DNA from: Squalus acanthias
Lineage: Eukaryota
Length of the DNA stretch: 64,000 nt
Assembly: GCA_030390025.1 (NCBI GenBank)
Contig: CM059436.1
Location: forward strand, 39,556,001 to 39,620,000
Direction: 5' to 3'
Shown here: positions 50,431 through 61,647 of the stretch, one piece after another
How the letters are laid out: each line of letters begins with the position of its first letter
How positions within the stretch are numbered: position 1 is the first letter of the stretch
Translations under genes and position numbers: made by a program
Notes under the pieces: model-generated
Told to the model about the DNA's origin: nothing
Databases searched by the model: none
The model's input: the letters and a program-made list of their open reading frames with translations, nothing else

Positions 50431-51449
50431 GTAAGTAATGCAACAGGTGTTGGGTAATATCATTTTCAAAATAATTGAAGGATGTGATGAAAATGTTATA
50501 TTGGGTCCACACAAAATACTTAATAATCCATGGCATTACTTTGGCTAGCAAGCTATTGCAATTACATTGCAGTTATACCTATAAAAGAATAACCCTTAAC
50601 TGTGTATACTTGTTACACTAGTTAGTATAATCAAATTGTGATATTCCTACCTATAATCTATATAAGGGCAATTTACTATAGTTCACACATGCAAGTTAGA
50701 AAATGTTCCAACACCCTTTCAATACAATTAAAGCTAAAATTGATGGAAAAGAATTAACAAATCATAAAAAGTGATAGGTTTGAAATTGCAGTAATGTACT
50801 TAAATGAATAATTATACTTTGCTCCATTTTTCAGTTTCATGCATTGCTGTATTACAAATCCTGGCATTCTGTACATTTTCAGCATAATTTTGTGATTGTT
50901 TTTGGCCAATTTTGATTTGTTTCCTTCTCTGACTTCCATCTGTGGCTGGGTCATTAGATAGGGGGTAACCACTTTCACAGGGCATTTTATCTGCTTCTGT
51001 GCATTTTCTCACAAATATCATTTTTTCAATTTCCTGAGATAGTAAGAGGCATTTTATCAGCTTTGTTAGTTAGTTCTTAGTCCTAACTAATAGTAAGGAG
51101 CTGAGAATTTATTTTCTTTGTAGAGGAGTTAGAAATTGCAGGCATGAATTAAATACCCATCCCTAGTCTCACAGTCTTATGATGTCTTTATACTGCAAGC
51201 ACTGGTTTGACACCATTATCTAGTTGAGAACAAATATCACTGAGTTATACTGCTGCAGACTTATAGATCTATTTGAAAAGATATATTCTAATGAAATGCT
51301 AGATGTTGGTGAAGGGCCGACCTGAAACTCAGCTCTTTACTAACAGTAAAATTATAAAGGTGGTTTCAATGGATCACTTGGGATCTTTTTAAATATTAAG
51401 AATAAAGATTAGAAAGGTGGTTTGCATCAATTGCAGGTATGCCACAGGT

Positions 51450-51752
51450 AGTATAGAGGACACAAATATAAGATAGTCACTAATAAATCAATAAGGAATT
51501 CAGGAGAAACTTCTTTATCTAGAAAGTAGTTAGAATGTGGAACTTGCTACCACTTGGAGTGGTTGAGGTGAATAACATAGATGCATTCAAGGGGCAGCTA
51601 GATATGTACATGAGGGAGAAGGGAATAGAAGGATATGCTGATAGGATTAGATGAGGTGGGATGGGAGGAGGCTCATGTGGAGCATAAGCACCAGCAAAGA
51701 CCAGTTGGGTCGAATGGCCTGTTTCTGTGCTGTCAATTCTATGTAATTCTAT
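51450..51752 (+). mobile_element. CR1 LINE 3' fragment
   Basis: AGAGGACACAAATATAAGATAG...TTCAGGAGAAACTTCTTTA...GAATGTGGAAC and a tail ATTCTATGTAATTCTATG. Same subfamily as 7986-8385. Confidence 0.85.
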
Positions 51753-51754
51753 GA

Positions 51755-52215
51755 ACCTTGGTACCTAGGGAATGTTCTGTGCTTCATTGAGCCAATGCCT
51801 CCTTTCCACAGGAAAATTGATAAACATATTGCCCCTGCAGACAAGGGCTCTGTCATTTGCTTGATGCACCTTTGGATGGTCAACTGACCGATTTTGCATA
51901 CATGACATTTGCCAGCAAGGATACAGTAGCACAACACTTTATTGCAAAACCAAATTAATACCATCCCTGTGGTGCAACTTGCCTGCAGTTCAGCCTTCAA
52001 GAGATGGAATAGCTGTGTGGCATCCCCTTTGTGAAGTGGATGTGCCAAAGACATGCCCATGTCTGAGTCAGTGGGCCCTGAAGTAAAGATAGGTATGTAC
52101 ATAATGTATGAGGTACAATCGCACCAGCCCTTCTGTCCACTTAGGAGCTGCTATTCTTTCTCCAAATCTAGGAGCAGCATTGGAACTCTCAAAAGAATTC
52201 CCATCCCGGCCATTT
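51755..52215 (-). pseudogene. Highly decayed Harbinger transposase N-terminal remnant
   Basis: ATQLFHLLKAELQ...IGQLTIQRCIKQMTEPL aligns by eye to VTELCHLLQPDLQ...ISQFAVHCCIREVTNAL of the 22732 transposase. Confidence 0.55.
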
Positions 52216-52410
52216 TGATTGTTGGATGTGAAGTAGTAGCTGGAAGGAAGACAGATGAAAGATATGCTTTGTACTGCAAGACTTTTATTTACAAATAATA
52301 AGACATAAACAGTATTAAATTGAATGTATCAATAAGGCAACATGAAATGCAAAAAAAATTAATTTTTAACAATTAAAGAGTGATGCTTACTTTTAAGAAG
52401 CCTATTTTCC

Positions 52411-53520
52411 ATAAGAACATCAGAAATAGGAGCAGGAGTAGGCCATACGTCCCCTCGAGCCTCAATAAGATCACGGCTGATCTTTTACCTGAACTCCACT
52501 TTTCCACACTATCCCCATATCCCTTGATTCCCTTAGTGTCCAAAACTCTGTCAATCTCAGTCTTTAATATACTCAACAACTGAGCATCTCCAGCCCTCTG
52601 GGGTAGAGATTTCCAAAGATTCACAACCCTCTGAGTGAAGAGATTTCTCCTCATCTCGGTCCTAGATGGTTGACCCCTTATCCTGAGACTCTGACCCCTA
52701 GTTCTAGACTCTCCAGCCAGAGGAAACAGCCTCTCAGCATCTACCCTGTCAAGCCCTCTAAGAATTTTATACGTTTCAATGAGATCACCTCTCATTCTTC
52801 TAAACTCCAGAGAATATAGGCCCATTCTACTCAATCTCTCCTCATAGGATAATCCTCTCGTCTCAGGAATCAATCCAGTGAACCTTTGTTGCACTGCCTC
52901 TAAGGCAAGTATATCCTTCCTTAGGTAAGGAGACCAAAACTGTGCACAGTGCTCCAGGTATGGTCTCACCAAAGTCCTATATAATTGCAGCAAGACTTCC
53001 TTACTCTTGTACTCCAACCCCCTTGCAATAAAGGCCAACATACCATTTGTCTTCCTAATTTCTTGCTGCATCTACTTGTTAACTTTCTGCAATTCATGTA
53101 GAAGGACATCCAAATCCCTCTGAACAACAACATTTCCCAATCTCTCACCTTTTAAAAAATACTCTGCTTTTCTATTCTTCCTACCAAAGTGGATAATTTC
53201 ACATTTCCCCACATTATACTCTATCTGCCAATTTCTTGCCCACCCACTTAACCTGTCTACATCACTTTGCAGCCTCTTTGTGTCCTCCTCACAACTTACT
53301 TTCCCACCTAGCTTTGTATCATCAGCAAACTTGGATACATTACACTCAGTCCCCTCATCCAAGTCATTGATATAGATTGTAACTAGCTAAGGCCCAAGCA
53401 CTGATCCTTGTGGCACCCCACTAGTTACAGCCTGCCAACCCAAAAATGATCCGTATTTCCCTACTCTCTATTTTCTGTCTGTTAACCAATCCTCAATCCA
53501 TGCTAATATATTACCCCCAA
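52411..53520 (-). mobile_element. CR1 LINE, 5'-truncated
   Basis: ORFs 53072..53362 (SKFADDTKLGG) and 52373..53071 (LVRPYLEHCAQFWSP, RRMRGDLIETYKI). Confidence 0.95.
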
Positions 53521-54096
53521 TCTCCAGACCATACCATCCATGCACTGCTGAGCCTGTGTAATATGGACAAACAGCATTGTCGTCTGGAAAGCAACAAAAA
53601 GCCCACAGATTCATTTACATCTTTTTGAAACCTGTAATGAAGCTTGCGTTCGCCATCAATGCCTTAAAAATGCCAGCATTTTTCTTCACTGCAAAAATCT
53701 GACCTGCTGTGAATCAGCTGCGCTTGGCTGCATGACCGATTTTGCAATCCCCACTTCTGATCGGCGAGGCTCTGTCGCCAGTGGAGCCTGAGAAAATTGG
53801 TCCCCATTTCCCAAGATTACTAAAGTTCTAACTAATTAAAAAAAAAATCCCAGGGTATGTCAGCTGTCAAACAGTTAATCTATGCAGAATTCACATTAGA
53901 ATTTTTTTTTACAGTTTAAATTGTACTCCTTGGAAAATACTGGGGTATATTGATGTAAACTGTTATGTAAGTGATTATGGAAGAGCTGCAGTGTTGAATC
54001 AGTAGGTTATTTAAATTTAACATCCATAGCCTACCTACTATAATTGGTAGAATTACTGTTATGCAAATTACTTGTAAGTGGAACAAGAAGTGATAC

Positions 54097-55238
54097 AACA
54101 ACAACAACAACTTGTATTTATATAGCACCTTTAACATAGTAAAACGTCCCAAGGCGCTGCACAGGAGTATTTTAAGACAAAATATTTGACACCGAGCCAC
54201 ATAAGGATAAATTAGGGCAGGTGACCAAAAGCTTGGTCAAAGAGGTAGGTTTTAAGGAGCATCTTAAAGGAGGAAAGAGAGGTAGCGAGGCGGACAGGTT
54301 TAGGCAGGGAATTCCAGAGCTTAAGGCCTAGGCAGCTGAAGGCACGGCCACCAAAGGTTGAGTGATTATAATCAGGGATGCTCAAGAGGGCAGAATTAGA
54401 GGAGCGCAGATATCTCGGGGGGTTGTGGGGCTGAAGGAGATTACAGAGATAGGAAGGGGTGAGGACATGGAGGGATTTGAAAACAAGGATGAGAATTTTG
54501 AAATCGAGGCGCTGCTTAACCGGGAGCCAATGTAGGTCAGTGAGCACAGGGCTGATGGGCGAACAGGACTTGGTGCGAGTTAGGACACGGGCAGCCGAGC
54601 TTTGGATGACCTCAAGTTTACGTAGGGTGGAATGTGGGAGTCCAGCCAGGAGTGCGTTGGAATAGTCAAGTCTAGAGGTAACAAAGGCATGGATGAGGGT
54701 TTTAGCAGCGGATCAGCTGAGGCAAGGGCGGAGACGGGTGATGTTACGGAGGTGGAAGTAGGCGGTCTTTGTTATGCTGTGGATATGTGGTCGGAAGCTC
54801 ATTTCAGGGTCAAATATGACACCAAGGTTGCGAACAGTGTGGTTCAGCCTCAGACAGATGTTAGGGAGAGGGATGGAGTCAGTGGCTAAGGAACGGAGTT
54901 TGTGGCGGGGACCGAAAACAATGGCTTCGGTTTTCCCAATATTTAATTGGAGAAAATTTTTGCTCATCCAGAACTGTATGTCGGATAAGCAGTCTGATAA
55001 TTTAGACACCATGGAGGGGTCGAGAGAAGAGGTAGTGAGGTAGAGCTGGGTGTCGTCAGCGTATATGTGGAAACTGACGCTGTGTTTTCGGATGCTGTCA
55101 CCAAGGGGCAACATGTAGATGAGAAATAGGAGGGGGCCAAGGATAGATCCTTGGAGGACACCAGAGGTAACGATGCGGGAGCGGGAAGAGAAGCCGTTGC
55201 AGGTGATTCTCTGGTCACGATTAGATAGATAAGAATGG
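54097..55238 (-). mobile_element. L2 LINE, 5'-truncated
   Basis: YADDTQLYL, NFLQLNIGKTE, VRNLGVIFD, LHWLPVKQRLDFKI and FK..LKTYLF, with the L2 tail GCTATATAAATACAAG(TTG)n. Confidence 0.92.
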
Positions 55239-56156
55239 ATACCTGAAATAATGTTCTAAAACTAGTTTATCTAAAGTTTGAAGTAATAAGAGAGTTCAAA
55301 TGTGTTATTTTAATGTACAGAAAGTGACATTTAAGCTTGTAAATTACTGTGAGCATTATTATTGTACAAACATTTAAGGGCTGATTCTGTGATTCGGTGC
55401 TCTTAGTGTGGGGAGCACCCTGAGAAATCCTGGGTGTGCATCTCTGGTTTTTAGTCCATTCATTTTAATTCAAATTTAAATTTAATTTTAATGGATGGAA
55501 AAACATGAGATTTGCTAAGATATGCTCCTGGTGAGTGGCACTCCCCACTGGAAACACCAAATCACAGAATCATCCCTTCACTGTGTTCACATCAAATTCT
55601 TCCTTCCTCTATTTTGATAGGAGCAGTAATCCTTTTGTTTTAAACGGGTTAATGCTTGTGTTAAAATAGCAGAGATGAAGTTGATATGAATGTATTAAAC
55701 ATTCACATAATAATATCACTCTCAAGGATTGATCCCGCTGGCATAAAAGGTGCATGCAATGGTCAGAACATGGAGCGGAGATCCCATTAAGTGGATTACC
55801 GATCCATTAGCAGAGTGTACAATCTTCCAGCTGACCCTTTAGGTTTTAATGACCCCAATGTGATTTCTAATCTGTTAGGACAGGATTGTGCTGTGCGCGT
55901 CGATCACCCATCCAGAGTAGGTAAACAGGAAAGCTAAAGGTGAGAAGGAGCTGTTACAGGAGCAGAAGCTTTTTTGTCTAATATCCTTTCATTATTTTTT
56001 CAGTTTCTTTTAGTGCTTATTTTTCTGAATTTTCTCTTGATTTCTTGGGAACTTCTTTATGCATATTGAAGAAAACATATCCATTTATTGATGCTGCGCT
56101 TTCTTGATATTTGAATAGCATTATATGTATGATCTTTACAGAAGTTATCATTACAG

Positions 56157-57122
56157 GATATAAAATAAAAACAGAAAATGCCAGAAATACTCAGCAGGTC
56201 AGGCAGCATCTGTGGAGGGAGAAACAGAGTTATTGGGCCAGAAATTCGGTTTTCCGGCTTCCTGCGGGTGCAAGCATCGCGCGCGTACTTACCTACCGCG
56301 CCTACCGTTGTGTTTTGGGCCCACGAGAACTTCGGGTCCTGGGCCTCTTGCAGCTGCCGGAAGACCTGTCAAATCTATGAATTGAAATCGGCCCCAAAAC
56401 AACACCTAAACTTCAAATAAATTTTTTAAAAAACATCAGATTTTTAAAATAACTATATGTTAAATAAATTAACTACTTTAAACAAAAATTTAAATTTTTG
56501 AAAAAATTAAAATACTTTTTAATGGTGCTAAAAATAAACTTACCTTTCTTTAAAGTATCTAAAAAAATAAACCTGTTGAAAAAATGTTTAAATTGTAATT
56601 AATTAACCACTTACCTTGTTAAAAACGGGTCTTGCGCCTCCTTTTTAAAAGCTCAGCTTCTTCCATACTTACCTTCCCGGAGAAACCTGAAAAAAAACTG
56701 AAGTTCGCTGCGTGCACGCAGCCTCTCCCGCGCACGCGGTTCACCTCTGAACCCCTCCCTTCACGAGACCAGAAGTTCTGGTTTCCCGTGCATGCGCAGT
56801 GCATGCAGGAAACCGGCACTTCAAGTGACCTTATGGGTGAGTACACAGCGCGTACTCACCCGACAAGCGCCGAATTTCTGGGCCAATGTTTCAGGTCGAT
56901 GACCTTTCGTCAGAACTGGAAAAAGTTAGAGATGTAACAGATTTTAAACAAGTGCAGGGACAGGGAAAGGGAGGAGGGAAGGAAAGAACAAAAGGGAAGG
57001 TCTGTGATAGGGTGGAAGGCAGGAGTGATTAAAGGACAGAAGTTCTGATTGTACAAAACAACAGGAGATGGTAATGGAACATTTTTTTTCAGATTTCCAG
57101 CATCCGCAGTATTTTGCTTTTG
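56157..57122 (-). mobile_element. Penelope pLTR insertion with partial inversion; its hammerhead (56228-56917) is split by a MITE
   Basis: 11-bp TSD TATCATTACAG (56146-56156, 57123-57133). Minus-strand pLTR followed by a plus-strand terminal piece. Core CTGACGA at 56907-56913 on - with a perfect stem II AGGTC/GACCT. Confidence 0.85.
56235..56884. mobile_element. Harbinger-type MITE (family of 18137-18901)
   Basis: TIRs GGGCCAGAAATTCG / CGAATTTCTGGGCC, flanked by ATT / AAT. AT-rich centre and subterminal hairpins shared with 18137-18901. Confidence 0.9.
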
Positions 57123-57866
57123 TATCATTACAGTATATACTTGTTTTAGATTTAAGTCTGAATGGCTAAGACATACACATCATCAAACCCATATATTATC
57201 TACGTAAAATGACTGGGCTTGATTACCGGTATTGTGCCTAATAAAATTATTGCATTTCCAGTCAATATTCTAACCAAGACAATTTTGCTAGTAAAGGTCA
57301 GAATTTCATGGTCTTCATATTTTTCATCATAACTATCAGATTTGGTTTAATTCTAATTGATTGTGGTCGTAGAAAATAATTTATTTTAATGATAGTGATA
57401 TTACCACTCGCACCAATACCCTGACAATGAAATTTGAAAATAATATACAGAAATTATTCAACATAATTCCTTAAGCCTCACACTTTCTTTCTTTAACAAT
57501 TTTCTTTCACACCTATTTCTGTTACATCTGCCTATAATGCCTGACTGTCACATTGGAACTTACTTGTATGTAATAATATATTTACCTTTGGTTGAGTCCT
57601 CCCAGCCCCAGTTTGTGGCCACAAGGTAGGTGGTGCATTCCACAGTGCCACACATCTGGGGCTTACTGAAATCCGAATTCTTGCCTCCCAGCTTCCTCCA
57701 GAATCTTTTCTGTCCGATATATTATTTTTATAGTTTAATGGTGCTTTTAATATATTAGTTACCTTTTTACATTTTTATACTTCTTTCAAATTAAAAAGTG
57801 GCTGTGGCCACTATGGAACATGCTCCCATGCTTGCCTGAGGTCGTTTGTTGGATCTCTCCCACTGC

Positions 57867-58030
57867 CTGAGAGTGAGAGAGGTGAGAGAGACAGACAGAT
57901 GGAGAGAAAGAGAGACGTGGCGAAAGAATCAGAGACATAAGAGTGAAAGATAGAAAAAAGAGAGATCATGAGAGAAACAGAGACTGTGACAGAGAGAGGG
58001 ATAGAAAAAGAAAGACAGAGTGAGAGAGTG
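57867..58030. repeat. Degenerate GA-rich low-complexity tract
   Basis: Imperfect (GA)n and (GACA)n runs. Confidence 0.7.
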
Positions 58031-60036
58031 TGGCTTGTTGCAAACTGCTCCCGGATGTCAGGCACTCCTGTGGCGTGTTGCCACCCATACTTCTCTGTCA
58101 TGTTTCCAGACATGTCTTTGGCCAATCCATCTCCAGTGATCAGACACCTGGCCCATCCTTGGCCTTTTTCCAGCCATCATATTCCCCACTCCACAACCCC
58201 CCATGAGATCCTGGTCTGCCAGATCTAGTCCCGCCTGAAGCTGGTTTTAAGCATGAAGACCATTTTAAATACTGTATTTGCTAGCATAGAAGTTAGCAAA
58301 TATAGTAATACCAGTTTTCATTCTTAAAAACTGATGGCGAGGAAAAGGCCGAGCAGATTGGACCACATTCTCCTGAGCTTCACCCCACCCTGCCACCTGC
58401 ATCCCTCTGCACCATTTCAATTATTCCAGACATTGAGACCTTCATCCTGGTGCTTCCAAATCCTGGAAACCCTCTCCTGTTACCCCCTCCCAAAGTTACC
58501 TTGCAAGACCCCCACACACCGATATTTCTGCCAGTGCTCACAGACACCAGTACTCCCCACCATGCTCCCAGACCATGGGATCCCAACCTCCAGTATTTCT
58601 GGACCCTGAGACTGCCGCACAGTGCACTAGAAATTCCTGCTTTCCACCAGTCCTCCAGACCCTTGTACCCTCCTGAACTCTACCACATCTGGGGACCTGT
58701 CCCACTTCTTGCTGACAGACCCTGGTACATTCTTTAATTATCTCAAAGTCTTGTTCCTCCCCTTACCTACAATGTTGCCATGCCTTGCCTTCACTGCTGT
58801 CAAACCATAGCTTTCCCATTACTGCCAGAGCCCAGAAATGATCAAATAACAAAAACCCACATTCCGCCACCAGTCTTCCACAGGACTGCCATGACCAACC
58901 ACCAAACCATAATACTGTACTACCAAATTAGATCAACTCTCACAACTGCTGCTGAGCTCCTCACTACTGCTAAACCCCTCATATTTACCTCAAATCTCTT
59001 ATATGATACCTACTATCTTCTTGTATCCTGGGCTTTAAACAGTGAGACAAAAATTAAGTACATTGATAAAAGAACAAATAGTAATTTACAGTTTTTATGG
59101 AAAAATAGCCAGAGTTTTGGAATTCAATCCCAAAAATATCAATGAAAATCCAGGAATTCCATATGCTAAAATTAGATTTTGTAATGCTGTGTAACACACA
59201 ATGTGGCCCCCAGCATTAGGAATGCCATGGGAGATACAAAATGTATAATATATCACAGACACCAGTACTCCCCACCATGCTCCCAGACCATGGGAGGTTA
59301 GTTTAGGCACTTTGCTGCACAAAATCTTAACTGGATTATATCCACAACAATGTGGCACTGATAGACACATATTTGTCCAGTTTAAAGTAGTCAGTCAGAT
59401 TTTCGAAAATGAATAATGTACATCTCTTGTTCACGGTGTACATCTGTCTGTTTGGTTCGGAATAAACACCTCCCTAATTTGACTCTTCTCACGTCCAAAC
59501 TAGCCCTAGGCATGTATTGTTCATTCAGAATGCACATCTCATTCAAATTTGCTGAATTAAAATATTCATGTTGGGGAGACTTTAATAGCCCGGATTTTGC
59601 GGTGGCAATGATGGCAAAACTATCACCGTACGCCATCATTACTCCTCTGAAATTGACAGCAACTTTTGGAATCAGTGCATGCGTAGATAAACGCGGAAAT
59701 CCAGAAGTTGCTGTCAGTTATTCCCTGCTCCTCCACAGGTTGCGCTGTGGAACTCCCCGGAGCCGGGAATCAATTCAAATCACACCGAATGATGAAAACT
59801 TCCCCATTACACTGGAATATCGCTGTTAAACTCCCCCCCGCCCTGAAACGTTAAGTCTTGTTGAGGTGTAACTGGGTTTTAACGGCGTATTGACTGCTCA
59901 ACAGCTGTTCTGGCCCTGAAAAACTTTTTTTTACATTTGTGGAATGTCAGATTTTTTCATTAATATGATAAGAATTACATGTGATTTTTAATATAATTTT
60001 TAATGATATTTCAGCATTTACCTTAATTCTATGTGT

Positions 60037-61272
60037 ATTTTTTTTATTCGCTTATGGGATCTGGGCGTCGCTGGCAAGGCCAGCATTTATTGCCCATCCC
60101 TAGTTGCCCTTGAGAAGATGGTGGTGAGCCACCTTCTTGAACCGCTGCAGTCCGTGTGGTGAAGGTACTCCCACAGTGCTGTTAGGTAGGGAGTTCCAGG
60201 ATTTTAACCCAGCGACGATGAAAGATCGGCGATATACTTCTAAGTCAGGATGGTGTGTGACTTGGAGGGGAACTTGGAGGTGGTGGTGTTCCCATGCGCC
60301 TGCTACCCTTGTCCTTCTAGGTGGAAGAGGTCGTGGGTTTGGGAGGTGCTGCCGAAGAACACTTGGCGAGTTGCTGCAGTGCATCTTGTAGATGGTACAC
60401 ACTGCAGCCACGGTACGCTGGTGGTGGAGGGAGTGAATGTTTAAGGTGGTGGATGGAGTGCCAATCAAGCGGGCTGCTTTGTCCTGGATGGTGTCGAGCT
60501 TCTTGAGTGTTGTTGGAGCTGCACTCATCCAGGCAAGTGGAGAGTATTACATCAAACTCCTTGTGCCTTGTAGATGGTGGAAAGGCTTTGGGGAGTCAGG
60601 AGGTGAGACACTCGCCACAGAATACCTAGCTTCTGACCTGCTCTTGTTGCCACAGTATTTATGTGGCTGGTCCAGTTAAGTTTCTGGTTAATGGTGACCC
60701 CCAGGATGTTGATAGTGGGGGATTCGGCGATGGTAATGTCATTGAATGTCAAGGGGAGGTGGTTAGACTCTCACTTGTTGGAGATAGTCATTGCCTGGCA
60801 CTTCTGTGGCACAAATGTTACCTGCCACTTATCAGCCCAAACCTTAGCGTCGTCCAGGTCTTATTGCATGCGGGCATGGACTGCTTCATTTTCTGAGGAG
60901 TTGTGAATGGCGCTGAACACTGTGCAGTCATCAGCGAACATCCCCATTTCTGACCTTATGTTGGAGGGAAGGTCATTGATGAAGCAGCTGAAGATGGTTG
61001 GGCCTAGGAAACTGCCCTGAGGAACTCCTGCAGCGATGTCCTGAGGCTGTGATGATTGACCTTCAACCACCACAACCATCTTCCTTTGTGCTAAGTATGA
61101 CTCCAGCCAGTGGAGTGTTTTCCCCCTGATTCCCATTGATTTCAATTTTACTAGGGCTCCTTGATGCCAGACTTGGTCAAATGCTGCCTTGATGTCAAGG
61201 GCAGTCACTCTCACCTCACCTCTGGAATTCAGCTCATTTGTCCATGTTTGGATCAAGGCTGTAATGAGGTCC
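60037..61272 (-). mobile_element. 5'-truncated CR1-group LINE distinct from the other CR1 copies (clade not resolved)
   Basis: RT motifs ALDIKAAFDQVWH, GVPQGSFLGP, FINDLP and MFADDC. The 3' end is GGGCAATAAATGCTGGCCTTGCCAGCGACGCCC...poly(A). Confidence 0.85.
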
Positions 61273-61481
61273 CAATGTCCCAGTATTTATTTAGCTCTCT
61301 GTAAAATTCATAAAAGGTAAATTATAATCTGTGCATTTTACTTCCTGGTTTGCTGTCTATTAGAATTCTTCAGTGTGATTGGCTGCTTAGCCTGCTTGAT
61401 GTCAGTTGCTGCGCCGTTGCTTTGCCGCTGACCGCAAATTCCAGGCCATTATATTTGCTGATGCTGTTTGTTTTTCTTTAG

Positions 61482-61647
61482 GACTGTTATCGAAAAAAGT
61501 ATCAATGAACACACAGTTTTCAAACTAACAATATCAGAAAGAGGATCCATATTTCATTACCGCACATCTATTGGTTTGCAACCACCAATAATGGTGAATA
61601 CACGTGGAAAAATCCATTCCAACAAATGGACTCACCTGGCCATTCAG
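61482..61647 (+). CDS. USH2A: Usherin, second coding exon (laminin G-like domain part)
   Basis: Acceptor TTTTTCTTTAG and donor CAG|GTA. 166 bp and phase-compatible with the previous exon (AT|G). TVIEKSINEHTVFKLTISE...YRTSIGLQPPIMV.T.G...KWTHLAIQ matches usherin. Confidence 0.96.
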
